Below are positions 28,779-36,310 of a stretch of DNA of 37,498 nt, one piece after another. Numbering within the stretch: position 1 is the first letter of the stretch; the number at the start of each line of letters is the position of its first letter. This DNA is from an uncultured bacterium (GTDB lineage: Bacteria; Desulfobacterota; WTBG01). The stretch spans positions 1 to 37,498 of the forward strand of contig CBDTTR010000002.1 of the NCBI GenBank assembly GCA_965363405.1, given 5' to 3'. The notes below the pieces were generated by a model. That model ran no database searches. It worked only from the letters and a program-made list of their open reading frames with translations, and was not told the origin of the DNA. The translations under genes were made by a program, and so were the position numbers.

Positions 28779-31214
28779 ATGGTTCTTCTCGTGAATCGAT
28801 TAGCTGAAATTATCAACGCAATTAAAAACCCATTGGTTTTTGCATCGAAAAATCAGTTTGCCAATCTTGATACTATTAAAGGGCTGGAATGCCACGTAGA
28901 TAAATTGGCAAAGGAAGCACTCACCTTTGCAATTGAAAAGCCGGATAGAATCATATTTGAAAATATTATCACCATGTTCGAACAATTTGATTCTTTAGAT
29001 AGTAAACTTAAAAAGAGAAGAATTGTTGAATGCCTGGATAGGCTCTCTCATATACAGGGAACAAACAGAGAACCTCAAGGTGTTTTTTACGGCAGTGTTT
29101 CCTTAGATGAGTCGAAAAAGCTTTCTGCTTCTATGCAATTCATAAAGGGAGTAGGCCCCAGGCTGTCAGAGATACTTGGCAAAAAGGGTATAAATTCAGT
29201 GGGTGATGCTCTCTACTTCCTTCCCAGAAAATATGAAGACAGAAGAGGAATGAAAAAGATATCTGAAGCCGTTTCAAATGAGATTGAGACAATCAAAGGG
29301 AAAATACTAATGTTAGATGCCGTTCCCTATAGGGGTGGGAGGAAAAGAGTTTTTGAGATGGCAGTAGGTGATGGAAGTGGTACCATCATTGCGAAATGGT
29401 TTCAGTTTAATGAAAGATATATGAAGAAAAGGTTTAAAGAGGGACAAAACATTATCCTGTCAGGCGAAATAAAGCGTTACCAATTACAAAAAGAGATACA
29501 TCATCCAGATATTGAGATTATTGAACCCGGAGAAGAGGGAAGCTGGGAGTTTAAGCAAATTATTCCTGTTTACTCTGAAACAGAAGGACTCTACCAAAAG
29601 ACAATGAGGCGTATTATGAGGAGGGTAATAGATGAATACTCAAATGTTGTGATTGATGGAATCCCTGATTATATACGAAAAAGACAAAACTTGATGAGCC
29701 TGGCGGAGTCTATTAGAAAAGTTCATTTCCCTGATCTGGATGATAATTTCAATGCCTTAAATGAGGGCAGATCATCCGCACATCGCAGTCTTATTTTTGA
29801 TGAATTCTTTTTCCTGGAACTGGGGCTTGCCTTGCGTAAAAGAGGCGTAATATTGGAAAAAGGTATTGCTTTCAATGTTACGAATAAATACACAAATAAG
29901 TTAAAGTCTATTCTACCGTTTAATTTAACTCTCGCACAGAAGAGAGTAGTTGCTGAAATTATTGATGACTTAAAAAAACCACACCCGATGAACCGACTTC
30001 TTCAGGGCGATGTCGGAAGTGGCAAGACGATTGTTGCCTTTATTGCATCTCTTATTGTTATTGAAAATGGATATCAAGCTGCTTTTATGGCACCCACAGA
30101 GATTTTGGCTGAGCAGCATTACTCAACTATTTTACCGTTAGCAGAAAAACTGGGGTTAAAGGTTGTTTTATTAACAAGCAGCATCAAGGGATCTAAAAGA
30201 ACTGACACTTACCAGAAAATAGGGGAGGGGAAGGTAGATATTATTATAGGAACCCATGCAATTATTCAAGAGTCCGTTCAATTTTATAAACTTGGCATCG
30301 CTATAGTAGATGAGCAGCATAGATTTGGTGTAATGCAGAGGGCTATGCTAAAGAAAAAAGCGGTGAACCCTGATGTGCTGGTAATGACGGCTACTCCTAT
30401 TCCCAGAACGCTGGGTCTTACAGTCTATGGAGATCTTGATAGTTCCATCATTGATGAGCTACCACCTGGGAGGTTACCTGTAAAAACCAAGCTTTATCAT
30501 GAAAGAGACAGAGAGAAAGTCTATCAAAAGATCAGGCAGGAAGTAGAAAACAAAAAGCAGGTCTTTGTTGTTTATCCTTTAATTGAAGAATCTGAAAAAC
30601 TTGACTTGATGAATGCAACTCAGATGGCAGAGCATTTACAAAAAGACGTTTTCCATGACTTTAAAATTGGATTGCTTCATGGCAGGATGGATAGTAAAGA
30701 GAAAGAGAGGATCATGTCGGATTTCCAGTCGAAAAAAATTGATCTGCTGGTATCAACTACTGTAGTGGAAGTTGGCATTGATATTCCCAATGCCTCCTTG
30801 ATGGTGGTTGAGCATGCAGAAAGATTTGGTCTTTCTCAGTTGCATCAACTGCGGGGGAGAGTAGGCAGAGATGACTATCAATCCCAGTGTATTTTACTTG
30901 CACAGTATAAAAAATCAGATGATGCCCGTCGCAGATTGAAAATTATGGAACAGACAACGGATGGATTTAAGATTGCAGAAGAGGATTTTGACATTAGAGG
31001 GCCTGGAGAATTTCTTGGGACACGGCAATCTGGAATCCCGGACTTCAGGATTGCCAATATTGCAAGGGATGTAAAGATTCTTAGCGAGGCGAGAAATGAG
31101 GCATTCCAATTGATTGAGAATGATCCTTCATTAACTTCACCAGAACATGGTGATACTAAAATAGTTTTAAAAGAGAGATGGAAAGGCAGATTGGAACTGG
31201 CAAGTATTGGGTAA
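28779..31214 (+). CDS. recG: ATP-dependent DNA helicase RecG
   Basis: KGVGPRLSEILGKKGI...LPRKYEDRR, a wedge/OB domain, helicase motifs GDVGSGKT, DEQHRFG, TATPIPRT and QLHQLRGRVGR. The start is uncertain: ATG 28779 gives a roughly 118-aa N-terminal extension compared with ATG 29133. Confidence 0.93.
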   Translation: MVLLVNRLAEIINAIKNPLVFASKNQFANLDTIKGLECHVDKLAKEALTFAIEKPDRIIFENIITMFEQFDSLDSKLKKRRIVECLDRLSHIQGTNREPQGVFYGSVSLDESKKLSASMQFIKGVGPRLSEILGKKGINSVGDALYFLPRKYEDRRGMKKISEAVSNEIETIKGKILMLDAVPYRGGRKRVFEMAVGDGSGTIIAKWFQFNERYMKKRFKEGQNIILSGEIKRYQLQKEIHHPDIEIIEPGEEGSWEFKQIIPVYSETEGLYQKTMRRIMRRVIDEYSNVVIDGIPDYIRKRQNLMSLAESIRKVHFPDLDDNFNALNEGRSSAHRSLIFDEFFFLELGLALRKRGVILEKGIAFNVTNKYTNKLKSILPFNLTLAQKRVVAEIIDDLKKPHPMNRLLQGDVGSGKTIVAFIASLIVIENGYQAAFMAPTEILAEQHYSTILPLAEKLGLKVVLLTSSIKGSKRTDTYQKIGEGKVDIIIGTHAIIQESVQFYKLGIAIVDEQHRFGVMQRAMLKKKAVNPDVLVMTATPIPRTLGLTVYGDLDSSIIDELPPGRLPVKTKLYHERDREKVYQKIRQEVENKKQVFVVYPLIEESEKLDLMNATQMAEHLQKDVFHDFKIGLLHGRMDSKEKERIMSDFQSKKIDLLVSTTVVEVGIDIPNASLMVVEHAERFGLSQLHQLRGRVGRDDYQSQCILLAQYKKSDDARRRLKIMEQTTDGFKIAEEDFDIRGPGEFLGTRQSGIPDFRIANIARDVKILSEARNEAFQLIENDPSLTSPEHGDTKIVLKERWKGRLELASIG

Positions 31215-31364
31215 CTTATTTAATTGGATGAGTCAAGAGCAGACCTCCCATCGCAGGTGTATTTTTCAAGGGCGTTGACTTCATTTTGATGGGAGAATAT
31301 TATGAATTTACTCAAGTATAATCAGATTGGTGATTTAGCAAAAAATCTAATTTGCCCCTTATTT

Positions 31365-31392
31365 GTCATTCCTGCGGAAGCAGGAATCCAGT
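31365..31392 (+). repeat. family A short hairpin (GTCATTCCTGC-ggaa-GCAGGAATCCAG)
   Basis: It has the same outer stem as the 21035 copy but lacks the inner insert. Confidence 0.75.
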
Positions 31393-31410
31393 GATTTAAG
31401 CATGTTATGG

Positions 31411-31456
31411 ACTCCCGCTCCCCGATCAGGTCGAGGACAGGTTTAGCGGGAGTGAC
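31411..31456 (+). repeat. second palindromic module (ACTCCCGCT...AGCGGGAGT)
   Basis: A 9-bp stem encloses ccccgatcaggtcgaggacaggttt, immediately after the family A hairpin. Confidence 0.6.
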
Positions 31457-31506
31457 TCGATTTTTGAAAATTGTTTATAAGGCGCGACTAATTAAAGGAG
31501 ACAATT

Positions 31507-32022
31507 ATGAAAGGTTATGTGCAGGTCTATACGGGGGATGGTAAGGGGAAGACAACGGCGGCTATTGGGCTGGCTGTGAGGGCAGTGGGGGCTGGGCTGA
31601 AAGTCTTCATTGGACAGTTTGTGAAGGGAATGAAATATAGCGAGTTAAAATCGCTTGAGCGATTTTCTCCAGAGATAAAGGTCAAGCAATATGGAAGGGC
31701 AAAGTTTATTCACAGTAAACCCGTAGAGGAGGATTTTAACGTAGCCAGGGCTGGTTATGAGGAAATTGAAGAGATTATTAAGTCTGGTCAGTATGATATA
31801 GTGATACTTGATGAGGCAAATATTGCAGTTCATTTCAAACTGCTTTCAGTTGAAGATTTATTAGCCTTAATAAATGAGAAGCCTGACTCTGTAGAATTGG
31901 TTTTTACCGGGAGAAAAGCAGACCCAAAATTGATTGAAAAGGCTGATCTGGTTACGGAGATGAGAGAAGTTAAACATTACTACAGTGAGGGAGTTTTAGC
32001 CAGAGAAGGGATTGAGAAATAG
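31507..32022 (+). CDS. cobO: cob(I)yrinic acid a,c-diamide adenosyltransferase (CobA/CobO/BtuR family)
   Basis: The P-loop YTGDGKGKTTAAIGLA, LDEAN, TGR and VTEM..VKH. The SD AAAGGAG is present. Confidence 0.85.
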   Translation: MKGYVQVYTGDGKGKTTAAIGLAVRAVGAGLKVFIGQFVKGMKYSELKSLERFSPEIKVKQYGRAKFIHSKPVEEDFNVARAGYEEIEEIIKSGQYDIVILDEANIAVHFKLLSVEDLLALINEKPDSVELVFTGRKADPKLIEKADLVTEMREVKHYYSEGVLAREGIEK

Positions 32023-32024
32023 AT

Positions 32025-33095
32025 TTAGTTGCTTTTTACTACAATCTTCCCCATAGGTTCAGATGTTACTTCTCCTATGATGGCTGCCTCTTTAATCCCT
32101 TCTTCTCTCAATTTGTTGAGAAGTTCATCTGCTTTTTCTTGTGCTACAGAAATTAAAAGCCCTCCGGATGTTTGAGGATCAAAAAGGATATCAATCATTT
32201 CAGGAGATAGAGCCGGATCCATTTCTACTTGAGGTGAACGAAATTTCCTGTTCCGATGTGTTCCTCCTGGAACCAGACCTTTCCTGGCATATTCCTCCAC
32301 TTCTGAAAGAATGGGGATATAAGATGAATGTATTACCATTCCCACACCGCTTTCCTGCATCATTTCACAAGCATGGCCTAAAAAACCAAATCCGGTAATG
32401 TCCGTACAGCTATTAACGCCAATTGCTTGCATAATCTCCGAGGCAGCTTTATTAAGTGTGGTCATTAGAACTGTGACTTTTGCAATTGACTCAGCAGTAG
32501 CCATTTTTGCCTTTATAGCAGTGTTAATAATCCCAGTGCCTAGTGGCTTGGTAAGGATAAGTTTATCACCCGGTTTAGCTCCTCCATTGATAATGACCTT
32601 TTCAGGATGGATTGTTCCTGTGAGTGAAAGCCCATATTTTAATTCTGCATCTTCTACACTGTGTCCTCCAACAAGGGTTACTTTTGCCTCTCTCATTTTA
32701 TCCAGACCGCCTTTTAAAATTTCTTTCAAAACTGATATATCCATTGACTGAACAGGGAAACATACCACATTCATTGCGGTCAAAGGAATACCTCCCATGG
32801 CATATATATCAGATAGGGCATTAGCTGCGGCAATCTGGCCAAAGGTATAAGGATCATCCACAATGGGAGTAAAGAAGTCTATGGTTTGGATAAGTGCCAG
32901 ATCATCAGATATCTTATAGACCCCGGCATCATCAACATCTTCAAATCCCACAATCAGGTTAGGATCATTTGTTAATTCCAAACCCTCCAAAGCTTTGTCC
33001 AGATCCTCTGGACCCAGTTTTGAAGCTCACCCTGCACCCCGTACTGTTTCGGTAAGACAAGGAGTTTTCCCCTGATGGTTTATAGGTTTCTTCAT
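32025..33095 (-). CDS. selD: selenide, water dikinase (selenophosphate synthetase) with an in-frame TGA-encoded selenocysteine
   Basis: The track ORF (32025-32990) starts at an internal TTG. The same frame continues upstream to ATG 33095 (SD AAGGGA) and reads MKKPINHQGKTPCLTETVRGAG-[TGA 33029..33027]-ASKLGPEDLDKALEGLELTNDP. The TGA sits where E. coli SelD has Cys17 (GAGCGCK) and where Sec-type SelDs carry U. The rest is a typical AIR-synthase-fold SelD (DDAGVY, DFFTPIVDDPY). Confidence 0.85.
32985..33025 (-). promoter_or_regulatory. candidate bacterial SECIS hairpin immediately 3' of the selD UGA
   Basis: On the mRNA, CUUCAAA (33025-33019) pairs with UUUGGAG (32991-32985, one G-U pair). The upper stem GUCCAGA-gga-UCUGGAC spans 33013-32997. 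The structure starts 2 nt after the UGA. Confidence 0.55.
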
Positions 33096-33143
33096 TTCGT
33101 TCCCTTCTTCTTATAATCTGTAAGTTGTTTATCGCAATGATGT

Positions 33144-33171
33144 ATTTTACATTTATCAGAGATATTATCAA
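33144..33171 (-). promoter_or_regulatory. candidate sigma70 promoter for selD (TTGATA-N16-TAAAAT)
   Basis: On the minus strand the -35 is at 33171-33166 and the -10 at 33149-33144, about 50 nt upstream of ATG 33095. Confidence 0.3.
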
Positions 33172-33221
33172 TAGAAATATGGTTTTAGATTGCCTATGAT
33201 GGGGGAAGGTAGTAGTATGAT

Positions 33222-33677
33222 TTAAAACAACTCTTTCTGCGGATTTTCTTTTTTGACCATAGCAACAATTTTTTGAATCAACTTTTTAGCAGCTTCTAAA
33301 GAAGACTCAGCCTCCTGCGGAGTTACATGATTTTTAGAATCATAGATAAAATCATGTCGCCTCCTCCTCATCCTGTTAAATCTACTAGTGAGACTATTAT
33401 ATTCTTCTCCAAGCATCAATTTTGTAAGTTCAACTATTGTTTTGTGGGAATTTTTTGCTGTTGGCAAGTACCCCTTTGAAAATATAAGAGCCCTCCCAGC
33501 TCTAATCATTGAATGATATGCAATAGTATATGACCATGTTAAATCAATCTCAAGATTAGCCTCTGCGGTTTTTAAGTCTTTTAAAGAACGCTCCAGTTGA
33601 TGCGATATTTGCTTAAAGTCTGGTCTTTGCCTTTTTAAGAGTTTATCCCTTTGAAATCTTTCGAAACTCATTTTCAT
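33222..33677 (-). CDS. HEPN-domain protein (putative HepT-like toxin of a MNT/HEPN module)
   Basis: The helical protein carries AYHSMIRAGRALI and an Rx4-6H-type motif (RMRRRRHDFIYD). It overlaps the 3' end of the upstream MNT gene. Start choices are ATG 33677, ATG 33671 or TTG 33683. Confidence 0.75.
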   Translation of the reverse strand: MKMSFERFQRDKLLKRQRPDFKQISHQLERSLKDLKTAEANLEIDLTWSYTIAYHSMIRAGRALIFSKGYLPTAKNSHKTIVELTKLMLGEEYNSLTSRFNRMRRRRHDFIYDSKNHVTPQEAESSLEAAKKLIQKIVAMVKKENPQKELF

Positions 33678-34227
33678 TTCCAATAAGCATAATTTTCTTA
33701 TCTCTTATAATTTCTAAAATAAAGGGCTCTTTTTCTTCAATCTCTTTCTTGAACTTTTTAAAAGTGTAAAGTTTATAATTTATCTCACGCTGAAAACTTT
33801 TTTCTAATTTATCCAGTTCTTTAATTAATTTATCTTCATCCACATTGCCTATAACTGCAAGGTCTATATCTGAGAAATAAGTTTCTTTAGTCTTAGCATA
33901 AGAGCCATAAATGAAAGCGAATTTCACATTTCCAATTTCCTCCAGTATTTCTTTTATACTTCCTTGAACACCTACTGTCTTAAACACTATGCTTTTCAAC
34001 TCTTTATAAATAGGGTATTTTTTATTTGCTTTAAAGAATCGAGCATTAGCCTTATATTCACTTGTTAGTATCCCTTCTGAAACCATATTGTTAATAGTAC
34101 GTTGAAATGCTCCCGGTTTTTTTTCTAAAATCCTTCCGATTTCCTGCATGTAAAAGGATCGCTCAGGATTGGTAAGGAGGAGTTTTAATAGTTCTGCTCT
34201 TGTTTTTGTAAGGGGACTCATTTTCAT
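33643..34227 (-). CDS. winged-HTH fused to a minimal nucleotidyltransferase (MNT; putative MntA-like antitoxin)
   Basis: The N-terminal wHTH is ELLKLLLTNPERSFYMQEIGRIL. The MNT motif is FIYGSYAKTKETYFSDIDLAVIG (GSx10-12 D/ExD). The track start at 34263 lies upstream of the predicted -10 box, so ATG 34227 or 34221 is more likely. Confidence 0.8.
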   Translation of the reverse strand: MKMSPLTKTRAELLKLLLTNPERSFYMQEIGRILEKKPGAFQRTINNMVSEGILTSEYKANARFFKANKKYPIYKELKSIVFKTVGVQGSIKEILEEIGNVKFAFIYGSYAKTKETYFSDIDLAVIGNVDEDKLIKELDKLEKSFQREINYKLYTFKKFKKEIEEKEPFILEIIRDKKIMLIGNENEFRKISKG

Positions 34228-34244
34228 TACCGTATGTATTCTTT

Positions 34245-34262
34245 TGCATACAATTGTATGCA
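34245..34262. promoter_or_regulatory. 18-bp perfect palindrome TGCATACAATTGTATGCA overlapping the -10 box of the MNT-HEPN promoter (candidate operator)
   Basis: Read directly: tgcatacaa/ttgtatgca. It covers the -10 box and the predicted transcription start. Confidence 0.5.
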
Positions 34263-34281
34263 TTTAGAATAAGGTTGTCAA
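34253..34281 (-). promoter_or_regulatory. near-consensus sigma70 promoter TTGACA-N17-TACAAT for the MNT-HEPN operon
   Basis: On the minus strand the -35 is at 34281-34276 and the -10 at 34258-34253, with a counted spacer of 17 nt. Confidence 0.55.
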
Positions 34282-34411
34282 GATTAATTTGTAAAGTGAA
34301 AAAAGATTGATTTTACTAATGTATTATATACACTACATAAATGTATGAGAAAAGTGGGGATTTTTTGTTTTGAGAAAGGAGTTCTACAAGAAACATATTG
34401 AAAGGAGGATT

Positions 34412-34990
34412 ATGATGAAGGTTGTCGCATTTAATGGAAGTCCGAGAAAGGAAGGAAATACATATCAATCCATTCAGGTAGTATTGGAGGAATTGCAAAA
34501 GGAAGGTATTGAAACGGAAACTATTCAGCTTGGGGGAAAGAATATTCATGGTTGTACAGCGTGTTATAAATGTTTTGAAAATAAGGATAAGGAATGTTCG
34601 ATTAAAAATGATGACTTAAACAATTACATTAAGAAAATGATGGATGCTGATGGTATTATTATAGGCTCTCCTGTTTACTTTAGCAATGTCACCAGTGAAG
34701 TGAAAGCCTTTATAGATCGCGCTGGTCTGGTAGCCAGAGCTAACGATAATTTTCTTAACAAGAAAGTTGGTGCTTCGGTAATTGCTGTAAGAAGGGCAGG
34801 GGCAACATTTGCTTTTTCAGCGATCAATTTTTTCTTCCTTATACAACAGATGATTGTTCCAGGATCAATCTATTGGAATTTGGCTATAGGTCGAGATCCA
34901 GGTGAAGTGCAGAAAGATGAGGAAGGTATATTGACCTTTAAAACATTGGGGCAGAATATGGCATGGTTGCTAAAAAAGATAAAAACCTGA
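34412..34990 (+). CDS. iron-sulfur flavoprotein / NADPH-dependent FMN reductase family protein
   Basis: The flavodoxin-like N-terminus is KVVAFNGSPRKEGNT, with a compact Cys cluster (GCTACYKC...EC) and GSPVYF. The SD AGGAGG precedes ATG 34412. Confidence 0.8.
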   Translation: MMKVVAFNGSPRKEGNTYQSIQVVLEELQKEGIETETIQLGGKNIHGCTACYKCFENKDKECSIKNDDLNNYIKKMMDADGIIIGSPVYFSNVTSEVKAFIDRAGLVARANDNFLNKKVGASVIAVRRAGATFAFSAINFFFLIQQMIVPGSIYWNLAIGRDPGEVQKDEEGILTFKTLGQNMAWLLKKIKT

Positions 34991-34999
34991 TTATGGCAA

Positions 35000-35050
35000 C
35001 AGATTTACACAGAAAAAACGAAACCACGAAGTACACGAAGAAGCACAAAG
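35000..35050. repeat. family B-associated low-complexity module (CAGATTTACAC ... CCACGAAGTACACGAAGAAGCAC)
   Basis: cagatttac matches 28505-28513. A cacgaag unit also occurs at about 17270. Confidence 0.55.
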
Positions 35051-35129
35051 CATAAAGAAAAAGTAGATCAATGTAGTGTTATAATAAATTATCTTATCTT
35101 ATTTGTGGTCTGATTTTATAAATAGTTAT

Positions 35130-35158
35130 CAGCGTTTATCTGCGGTAATCTGCGTCCC
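35130..35158. repeat. family B repeat terminus (CAGCGTTTATCTGCGGTAATCTGCGTCCC)
   Basis: It closely matches the reverse complement of 28489-28513 and the units at 28622-28650. Confidence 0.7.
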
Positions 35159-35163
35159 ATATT

Positions 35164-35586
35164 ATGTCGATTTTTACAATATCAGCGGAGAAAGAGAAGG
35201 CTCTCTTAGAGCGTATGCGCCAGTTGCAGGTTTCTGAAAAAGATCTCGAGGAAACCTTTGTGCGTGCTTCTGGACCTGGTGGTCAGAAGGTCAATAAAAC
35301 TTCAAGCTGTGTTTTTATACGACATATCCCTACGGGTCTATCAGTCAAGTGTCAGCGTGAGCGATCTCAGGCTTTAAATCGTTTTCTAGCCAGGCGGATA
35401 CTCCTGGATAAAATTGAACGGTTGCAGAAAGGAATTGTCAGCAGTGAAAAAGAGAGAATTGAGAAGATAAGACGACAGAAAAGAAAGCGTTCAAAACGTG
35501 CTAAGGAAAAAATTCTTAAAGAAAAACACCATCAAACTGAGAGGAAGAAACTCCGCTCAACAATCGACACTGACTTAGAAGAATAA
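35164..35586 (+). CDS. class-I release-factor GGQ-domain protein (ArfB/ICT1-like peptidyl-tRNA hydrolase)
   Basis: 140 aa with SGPGGQKVNKTSS (the GGQ motif) and a Lys/Arg-rich C-terminal tail (RRQKRKRSKRAKEK...). Confidence 0.7.
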   Translation: MSIFTISAEKEKALLERMRQLQVSEKDLEETFVRASGPGGQKVNKTSSCVFIRHIPTGLSVKCQRERSQALNRFLARRILLDKIERLQKGIVSSEKERIEKIRRQKRKRSKRAKEKILKEKHHQTERKKLRSTIDTDLEE

Positions 35587-35587
35587 A

Positions 35588-35615
35588 CCCCTCAGTAGAA
35601 ACGCTGCGGGGTTTT
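35588..35615 (+). terminator. rho-independent terminator after the GGQ-domain gene
   Basis: cccctcag-tagaaacg-ctgcgggg (8-bp stem, 1 mismatch) is followed by tttt, starting 2 nt after the stop codon. Confidence 0.6.
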
Positions 35616-35656
35616 GTCAGATTTGATCATAGCTGTTCTGGATCATTAGCCTATCA

Positions 35657-36112
35657 CTATGGTATATAACGATCATTTGGAGTTTTTGGAGTAAGTGTAT
35701 GACCTGTTGAGATTATCTGTATCTTTAGTTTATCCTCCTTGTCAATCTTATTTCTCGTGGTGCATAAATGCAACTTAGATAAGTTTATTTCATCCAATTC
35801 TTTGGATAATTCGATACCGCTAAGGTAACCATTTTCTATTTTCTTAGACCACTTTATTGTCCCTTTGACAATAATCGGTTTTAATTCTCCCGGTGTAAAT
35901 ACCTCTAAGATAACATTTGAACCTATAATAGTATCCTCGATTAAAAAAACTTTTACTCCCATCCCTTTTTCGCTGAAATCAATGATAATACATTCTTCAC
36001 CGCCCCTTGGGCTCTCTTTTGAAACAAATTTGGCTTTCAGATTTGTATTGAACCGGCGGAGTCTTCTTTTATTCTTCGATAGGCTTTCTACTTTGAGTTT
36101 TAAGTCGGCCAT
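35657..36112 (-). CDS. PilZ-domain c-di-GMP-binding protein
   Basis: An RxxxR motif (KRRLRRF) near the N-terminus and D/NxSxxG (DFSEKGMG), with a beta-barrel-like remainder. Confidence 0.75.
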   Translation of the reverse strand: MADLKLKVESLSKNKRRLRRFNTNLKAKFVSKESPRGGEECIIIDFSEKGMGVKVFLIEDTIIGSNVILEVFTPGELKPIIVKGTIKWSKKIENGYLSGIELSKELDEINLSKLHLCTTRNKIDKEDKLKIQIISTGHTLTPKTPNDRYIP

Positions 36113-36310
36113 TTGTTTAACTCTCTGTGATTTGAATTAAACGGTTATAATATAATTTCTTAAAACAAAATTAGTTAAGACAAACTTTCATGGACGAAAC
36201 GGGCCTTCTGCATTTCTCATTCTTTGTGATTAATTTACCTGTCGGTAAAAATAAATTAGTTCTTTAATGGTAAAATATTAATATTTATCAATCCGAACAA
36301 CAAATCCTCA

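Noticed and set aside
31302-31394. 30-aa ORF MNLLKYNQIGDLAKNLICPLFVIPAEAGIQ with a GGGAGA upstream
   Set aside because: Its C-terminus is simply the translation of the family A hairpin. I treat it as a repeat artefact unless expression data say otherwise.
31215-31506. Possible cobalamin riboswitch upstream of cobO
   Set aside because: I find no B12-box-like sequence or the conserved GCCACTG core. The spacer is explained by repeat family A modules.
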